Position numbers and translations under genes: made by a program. The notes under the pieces are model-generated. The model ran no database searches, was not told where the DNA came from, and saw nothing but the letters and a program-made list of their open reading frames with translations. Shown piece by piece: positions 36,515 to 43,418 of a stretch of DNA of 43,418 bases (position 1 is the stretch's first letter; each line of letters starts with the position of its first letter). Source of the stretch: Octopus bimaculoides (lineage: Eukaryota); NCBI RefSeq assembly GCF_001194135.2, contig NC_068998.1:26671983-26715400 (forward strand), written 5' to 3'.

Positions 36515-37221
36515 AGGAGGGTTCCAGAAAATGCTGTAAAAGTTCGTTATTTTTTCTTTTCTGGATGGAAAACAGTTTGTACATCTGTTCAATATATTAC
36601 AAGATATAAATACAAATCTAGAAAATGAGTGCCAAAAAGAAAAATTAACATTATTTACATTCGACGGATATTTAGAACTAAATATAAAACTGAAGAAAAT
36701 CTAAGTTTTACATTTGACCATAAAGCGAGTTTTAACAATCTGTTACAGCAACGAAGGGAGTTAATTGACGGCTCATACCCTGTCGATTCCCGCTCAATTT
36801 TAATTGTATGGCACAATATATTTTAATAGTATGGCATGGAAAAATAGTGGCGCTACGTGACAGTGTCTATAGTTGACACCATGACAAACTAAGCTGTCTA
36901 AAATGCACACTAGTCATGTGGTTATGAAAAGGCGCAACGCCAGTTGCTACAAATTAATATGCCATAGAGAAAAGAAAAAATAATCAACGTTTCGAGTACA
37001 GGTCCTTTCTCAAACAAATGAATGAAAACAAGTGAAGAAAGAACTTTGAAAAATCAGCAGACAGTAGCAGCAATGGATGACGGAATGGGATAGATGAGTT
37101 TTATTATTTATTGACATGTGATTGATGTTCTCGTTGTTCAAGAAAATTATTCACAAAGTCATAATGTTTTCAGAGAAGATATACTTTTCAAGTTTTCAAA
37201 TATTGCTGACAAAAAATCTGC

Positions 37222-37281
37222 ACACACATCCCTTCTACACACATCCCTTCTACACACATCCCTTCTACACACATCCCTTCT
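37222..37281 (+). repeat. 15-bp minisatellite, 4 perfect copies
   Basis: (ACACACATCCCTTCT)x4, then a partial copy. Confidence 0.97.
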
Positions 37282-40207
37282 ACACACACGCACAGTTATT
37301 TATGCCTTTTTTGAGTAATATTGTCCCCATGAAGACAGTTCATTTTCACTTAATATCTCTTTCTGTTGTCGATACTGTCCAGTTTCAGGAACACCTCTTA
37401 TAACACCGAATCAGGTGTTATATTAAAAGGAGGAGAGAAAGAAATAACCAACTAAAATATAGTTTGAAGGAAAAGGTGAATGTTAATCATTTTCGGATAA
37501 AACTCCAAACTTCGAAACTATTATATTCAGAGAAGCATCCATTTTAAACGTCATGTCTGCCAACACCCTCTCTCTCCCAACCTTCTTCCATCATAACGTA
37601 TTGTTTAGAAGAGTTGTAGTGAATAACAGAGGCTGCCATTCACTGCGAATCTTTTGAGCTCAAGTTGGTGTCTGTTTGTTGGTTCTGTCACTCTCTTGCA
37701 GCATTGATACAATAACATTCGTATCTATAAAATCTCTGAATCTGAGCCAAGGATTTATCAGCTTTTCATTAAATCAAGCTATTGGAATTTTACTTTCGGT
37801 CCCAGCTACTTGCCTAGTAGTCTATTTTGTTGCAGGATAGAAAGAAATTTTACGTTATTTTTTAAAAAATCATTTAAACTGAACACATATGGAAGATTCG
37901 GATGAAAGAAGGCAACAAAGGTGACGAAAGAAGTCTCGGAAAAAAGTATGAGAAAGAGAAGCTCAGAAAACAGCATGACAAATTCGGACTTACCAAATAT
38001 ACAACCGGATATTGCAAGTCGAACACGCAAAGAAGTTCTGTCACAAGAAAATTCTCTATTTTGAATTACAGAAAGAAATCAAAGATTAACACCTTAGAAA
38101 TCATCATAGTATATTTGATGTTTGTACGATTTATTTCATATTCAACTATACTGCATCATTTTGACGGGTACCATGATAGTATTAATATAACTGATGTTGC
38201 TATTAGTAGTTTTTCATTAATTTGGGACATATTTCTGCATCGTGGTCGCATCTTTACAACATTGTTAAATCGGATGTGATAAGCAATAAAAAATGTTAAG
38301 GATAGATTTAAGCGATTTGTTCATAGCCATTGTAAAAATACTAATGCGGATTATGCTAATCCCATTGTTCCGTTTAATTCTCGGCACAGAACTATTACGA
38401 TGTAAATAGTAAATCATTAGTTAAGGGACATCAAGATTGGAAATGTAAGCCGTGTCTGTTTTTCGAGCTGGGCTGGCCAGATCAGTAAATTAAATGATCT
38501 CTGATTCAGTTGTTACATGAAAGGTGACTTGCAATAAAACATTTATGACAGTATTGATTCGATATTGATTATCTGGCTAAAATAATTAGAATTCAAATTA
38601 ACTATTTAGTCATTTGAGATGCTTCTGAGTAGCATAAAATGACGCTTCTTATTTGATATATACATTGTGTTAGACCATTACCAAAGCTTCATTAACTTTT
38701 TAAGCCACTTTACTTCATTAGTTAATATCGATTGAAAAGGGCTTTTTCTCTTTCTTTTAAGCATTAGTGATTTCCAGTGCTGCCATCTCCCATTGGTTTC
38801 TTTATTAATGACAAATATTCTAAATAGTAATTGCTGCAGATATGTTTCGTCCTTAATAGGAAGCCATAGAATCTATTTTCTTTTCTTCTTTTATTTGACA
38901 TCTATTTCAGAAGCAGTAAATATCCTTTAGCAATTTCAAGTCATAGAAGACCAGCTTGTAACGAGTTCACAATATTTCAATATATATTAGACTAGTCTGC
39001 TGAATTCTATTGATGGCTGTCACTTCAGACTATCTCTTCTTATTACTGAACCAATTTTATCATATTCACATACATTTAGTCATTCAGTATTGCTGCAAAT
39101 CATTATAAAAGTTTTTGTGCTGAATTTTCATTTTGTAATATGACAGTAGATATATCTGAAATGGCAAATATAAAGCTCCAAAAGATAATTTTGAGAATAA
39201 CTTTATTATCTATATTAAAATATTCCTAATATAATCACAATGACAAAAGCTAAAAACTTGGTATATTATATGTATCGGCAGTAACTTGAGAACCTTTAAC
39301 ATTTTGATGGTTAGCGGTTACGAGCTTACTTTTCATGGTACAGTGGTATTCTTTTAAATCAAATATATTGGGAGAAAGTATAAACATAAAGCAACAATTC
39401 AAGAAAGAAATTAAAATGTTTTTTTTTTATATGCTGCTATAACACTGACAGCCTTAAAAGAGAAGTAAATCACAGAAGGCAACGAAACAATTTTCAAGCA
39501 AACAGTGGATCTGCTAGAAGTAATAGTGAAATCTTCAACTTACATCCTGCCATCCTAAATATGATACATGACACATAGTTCTTTGTGTACAAAACGATTG
39601 AACGGGCAAACTTGGGAGGTTTTGGTCATAAATCTGCTTGGAAATAGCTCTTGGGTGCTATTACCATCAATTCTCGTCCAGTATATTTAATTTTCAAAAA
39701 GATTAAATGCCACTGTTCTTCATACGACAATTTACTTCAATGATTACTTGAGTGTCAGCACAGGAATGAGAACTTTTTGTAAATAAACCTAACTATGATT
39801 ACTAACCATAGTAAAAAAAAAAGAAATATTTACGTATGACATGTGACCTAGTTTTATTCAACAAGCCATATGCCGACAGCGTTACAAGTAACACAAATAA
39901 GGAAATGTAAAACAATTAGATTAAAAATATATAGGTAAGTACATAGTTTCTCTGACAACGGTGTCCATCATACTACTGCAAAATTGAACGCTTATTCTTT
40001 CTTTCCTTTGCGGATTTCAGTCAATGGATAGCAGCCTTCCTACGTACCACATTTAAATAGATAACATGTTTTTTAAAAAGTATAATTATTAGCGACAGAA
40101 GCAGTATTAAGCCTGTTGGCTCTTCATGACATCAATGCCTGAACGGTCACTGAAATTCCATAAATCACTGGCAGTGAGATTTGGCTGGTATGCTGCTACC
40201 GGGCGCC

Positions 40208-40251
40208 TGCCACTGAGAAGACGGCGGACGTTGAAATCACGTGATCTGACA
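40208..40251 (+). ncRNA. Degenerate type I hammerhead ribozyme next to a Penelope-like element
   Basis: UGCCA-CUGAGAA-GACG GCGGA CGUU-GAAA-UCACGUGA-UC^UGACA. Stem III is the palindrome AUCACGUGAU, stem II has 4 bp, stem I has 4 of 5 pairs. The core deviates (CUGAGAA instead of CUGANGA). Confidence 0.7.
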
Positions 40252-40816
40252 ATTCCATATTATACAACCCCACAACACCACCCTCAACTCCTTAACAAAT
40301 ACTAATCTTAACGCCAGCGATAATAACGAACCTAACACTGGTCCCTTACTACATAGCAGCCCCCTCACAAGTTCATCTGGAACACCCCCTACAAACCTAT
40401 GCAACTTCAGACCTTCAACCTCCTGCCCTTTAGATAACCGCTGTCTCACAAAAAACATCGTTTATAAGCGCACAGTATCAACTGCCAACAGCAACTACAT
40501 ATATATCGGCTCATGTAGCACCAACTTCAAAGCTAAAGTGAACGACCACTACTCCAGTTTCAAGTTCCAAACAAAAACCAATAGTATATCGTTATCTCAG
40601 CTTATCAATAAACTAAAGATTGATTCAACTCCTTACACTCTCAAGTGGTCCATAGTCACCCACGCCTAGCCGTTCAGCAGCTATTGTAACAAGTGTGATC
40701 TCTGCATAGCCAAGGTCTCAGCTATTGTGCAATCCACAGATTGTCTTAATGAACGCAGCAGTATAATTTTCACCTGCAAACATCGATCACTAAATCTATT
40801 TTCAAAATACAAATAA
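40250..40816 (+). mobile_element. Penelope-like element, linker plus GIY-YIG endonuclease frame
   Basis: 189-codon frame with one internal TAG (40667) and no ATG: IIQPHN...CNFRPSTSCPLDNRCLTKNIVYK...YIYIGSCSTNFK...HYSSF...LSQLINKLK...YTLKWSI...KCDLCIAK...LNERS...CKHR. Confidence 0.9.
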
Positions 40817-41781
40817 CAACCCCACCTTGTTTTATCCCCCTGACTTTCTTCTCTCTTATCTACCCTCAGTACCACTATATATTAAACCAACAATATATCT
40901 TCCCATTAATCCCTTATTGTCATTTATATACTTCTCTGTATTTTTCCTTACGATTTAAAAAATTATTTTTCTATTCCACCTGCCTCATCCACCTTCACTC
41001 CCCCTTCGTAAACTTACAAGTATATATGCCAACATACACATCTACTACTTCATACTGTAAACATGCTCACCACACACAATATACATTCCTTAATTGAAAA
41101 CCAGTAGTAGCCGCCACGATTCTTTCCCATTCTCTCTTGCTTTCTTCATGCATATATTTTTTCTCCCCCTTGACGAAAAACATTTCCCCATCCATTTTCC
41201 TCACATTATCTTTTTTCTAATACCACACCCCTTGCTAATTTCTGTGATTCGGCCAAAACAGCCCCATTGAATGCTACCGGTCAAATGACTCTGCTTAATT
41301 TCTTCCTTCCTCTCACTTCCTTGTATTTTTTTCCTTTGTTCCTTATATCTCTCAACATTTATATTCTCCTCTCCTACTGTGCTCTCTACACATTCTGATT
41401 GAATCTTCATTATGATAACGTAACTTTCATTTAATCAAGATATCCTTGGCCCGAAGAGTAGCTTGCGGTATTACACCGCGCTTGGACATTTACCACTTCT
41501 GAGGTTCCGCTCGCTATGAAACATATGTAGCTCGGATCTTATCTACTCCATTCTTTAAATCCTGCATTCTTAGTCGCCCACCCGGCAACCCTGGTCGCCT
41601 ACTGTATAATATAAAAAGAACTTTTTCAATTTACCAAACTTCGATACGAGAAAATCAACAACCTGCCGTCTCAATAAACCACTATTCTCCCTGAAAGTTT
41701 TTTTTTTTTTAATATTTACTACGGATTACTTGAAGCTAACATTCTTCGTACACCGCGATCCCTGGATCTTACATATATATA

Positions 41782-42207
41782 NNNNNNNNNNNNNNNNNNN
41801 NNNNNNNNNNNNNNNNNNNNNNNNNNNNNNNNNNNNNNNNNNNNNNNNNNNNNNNNNNNNNNNNNNNNNNNNNNNNNNNNNNNNNNNNNNNNNNNNNNNN
41901 NNNNNNNNNNNNNNNNNNNNNNNNNNNNNNNNNNNNNNNNNNNNNNNNNNNNNNNNNNNNNNNNNNNNNNNNNNNNNNNNNNNNNNNNNNNNNNNNNNNN
42001 NNNNNNNNNNNNNNNNNNNNNNNNNNNNNNNNNNNNNNNNNNNNNNNNNNNNNNNNNNNNNNNNNNNNNNNNNNNNNNNNNNNNNNNNNNNNNNNNNNNN
42101 NNNNNNNNNNNNNNNNNNNNNNNNNNNNNNNNNNNNNNNNNNNNNNNNNNNNNNNNNNNNNNNNNNNNNNNNNNNNNNNNNNNNNNNNNNNNNNNNNNNN
42201 NNNNNNN
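41782..42207. other. Assembly gap (N)
   Basis: N run between (TA)n and (GT)n. Confidence 1.
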
Positions 42208-42260
<53 letters not shown>

Positions 42261-42569
42261 CGTATGTATCTAATGCGTACAGGAGGTGTTATGTGAAGCC
42301 CTTGAAGTTTCAAGCTCGGATAGTGTTGTAATCAGAAACCTTGTATTGCATACCGTGCACAATCCGGTAATTATTAAGGTTCAAGTGATATGTCTACCTC
42401 TTGAGGAATGCAATACAATACATGAAGAAAATGTTAAGCAACATTTTAAGAGAAAGGGACATAAAGTTTATGTCTCTTTAATCCGTTGAAGGAAGAATAT
42501 TGTTAATGTTGAGTGCTTATACATTCACACATATATATGTTTAGTGTGAGTATTCGAATGGGGGAAAAG

Positions 42570-43260
42570 CTAAAGTGCGTTAAATTGCGTTTTTAATGTA
42601 GTAAAGTGGAGTTGTCTTCCAATTTGATAATAGAAATGTCTTATGTAAATTAGTGCAGTTTCAGCTATACAAAGTTGGCACTGTTTTACCCGTTAATGAA
42701 TGGCCTAGATCTCTCCACGATGTCCCGCCCAATCGTGTGTGGCATACTGCTGTTCTTCAGATTCCAGATATGACTTTTTACAGCTTTTGGCTTTTGTTTT
42801 TGCCTACGTGCTTGAAAGAAGGCTTGATTGGCATATCTCACCTTCGCACAGTTCAATACATCTTTCACTCTGGATCATATATTTCTGAAAAGACCCCCGG
42901 CTTCGTAAACGATGAACTAACAGTACAAGCCTGCTCTAATGAGCAACCGTATAGGTTTCTGCATTTTCAGATTGGTGTGGACATCTTTGCTGGCTTACAT
43001 GAAATGATATTTTTCATATTAGGGCCGCAGCTCAACGAAACTTTCAACAAATGTTTATGGAAGATGTTTTATCTATCTATCAAGATGTTTTATCTATCAA
43101 GGTCAAAGTATCTTTCGCTTTTATTAATTCTAATATTTAAAGAAAAAAGGGATAGCGGACTATACAGCTTTCCTAAATCTATTTTTAGGCTTGGGTCTTG
43201 TTTGAGTTGGAGTATAATTTATCATCACTTTAAGCCCACAGTTTACCGGGTCTGTTTTAG
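42570..43260 (-). mobile_element. Second Penelope-like relic (end of RT, linker, GIY-YIG), degenerate
   Basis: KVSLSCGPNMKNIIS, *KCRNLYGCSLEQAC, IVYEA, SHIWNLKNSSMPHTIGRDIVERSRPFING and CQLCIAET. Many stops; ends are approximate. Confidence 0.85.
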
Positions 43261-43418
43261 CAAAATTTCTTTAGAGGAACAGAAGTTATCTATCCTATTA
43301 TGCAGTGCTTTACTGCACTAAAATGAGGGTAAATATAATCTAATTATTTCTTCGTTAGCTAATACGTTTACTCTCAGAAACTATTGTGAGTATGTTTTAT
43401 ATATATATATATATATAT

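Noticed and set aside
37222-37281. CRISPR-like array
   Set aside because: Contiguous tandem units without spacers, in eukaryotic DNA.
37889-38279. Charged ORFs, including a bZIP-like frame with three TGA codons
   Set aside because: Purine-rich sequence opens all frames; there is no basic-region Asn, leucine heptad or convincing splice site.
36980-39980. Partial hammerhead-like strings at about 36985-37012, 38835-38872 and 39940-39975 (minus strand)
   Set aside because: Each has two or more core defects and no stem I, so they cannot be told from chance by eye.
335-42313. Long ORFs containing X runs or YI/CV/HT/RE/LS repeats in the ORF track
   Set aside because: They are translations of N-gaps and dinucleotide microsatellites.
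42653-43321. 222-aa + strand ORF
   Set aside because: It is the antisense of the Penelope-like relic, whose motifs are on the minus strand, and has no recognisable domain.

Overview
AT-rich animal genomic scaffold with five N-gaps, each flanked by microsatellites. The repeat content (tRNA-derived SINEs with internal microsatellites, mariner, piggyBac, Gypsy, Penelope-like relics) suggests an octopus or other coleoid, but this is inference and was not database-checked. There are no prokaryotic features, and most entries in the ORF track are artefacts of gaps, microsatellites or antisense transposon frames. The left half holds the last four coding exons (+) of an Ig-superfamily surface protein ending in a GPI-anchor-like tail, facing a probable unidentified minus-strand gene whose last two exons can be reconstructed. 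The right half is rich in SINEs and transposons and retains CpGs. Most notable: a type I hammerhead ribozyme with an intact core at 1314-1377 (-), antisense inside the Ig gene; a second, core-mutated hammerhead at 40208-40251 (+) whose cleavage site abuts a Penelope-like GIY-YIG reading frame; a G-U-rich pre-miRNA-like hairpin at 28572-28632; and a CpG-decay boundary near 22-25 kb with a promoter-like segment.
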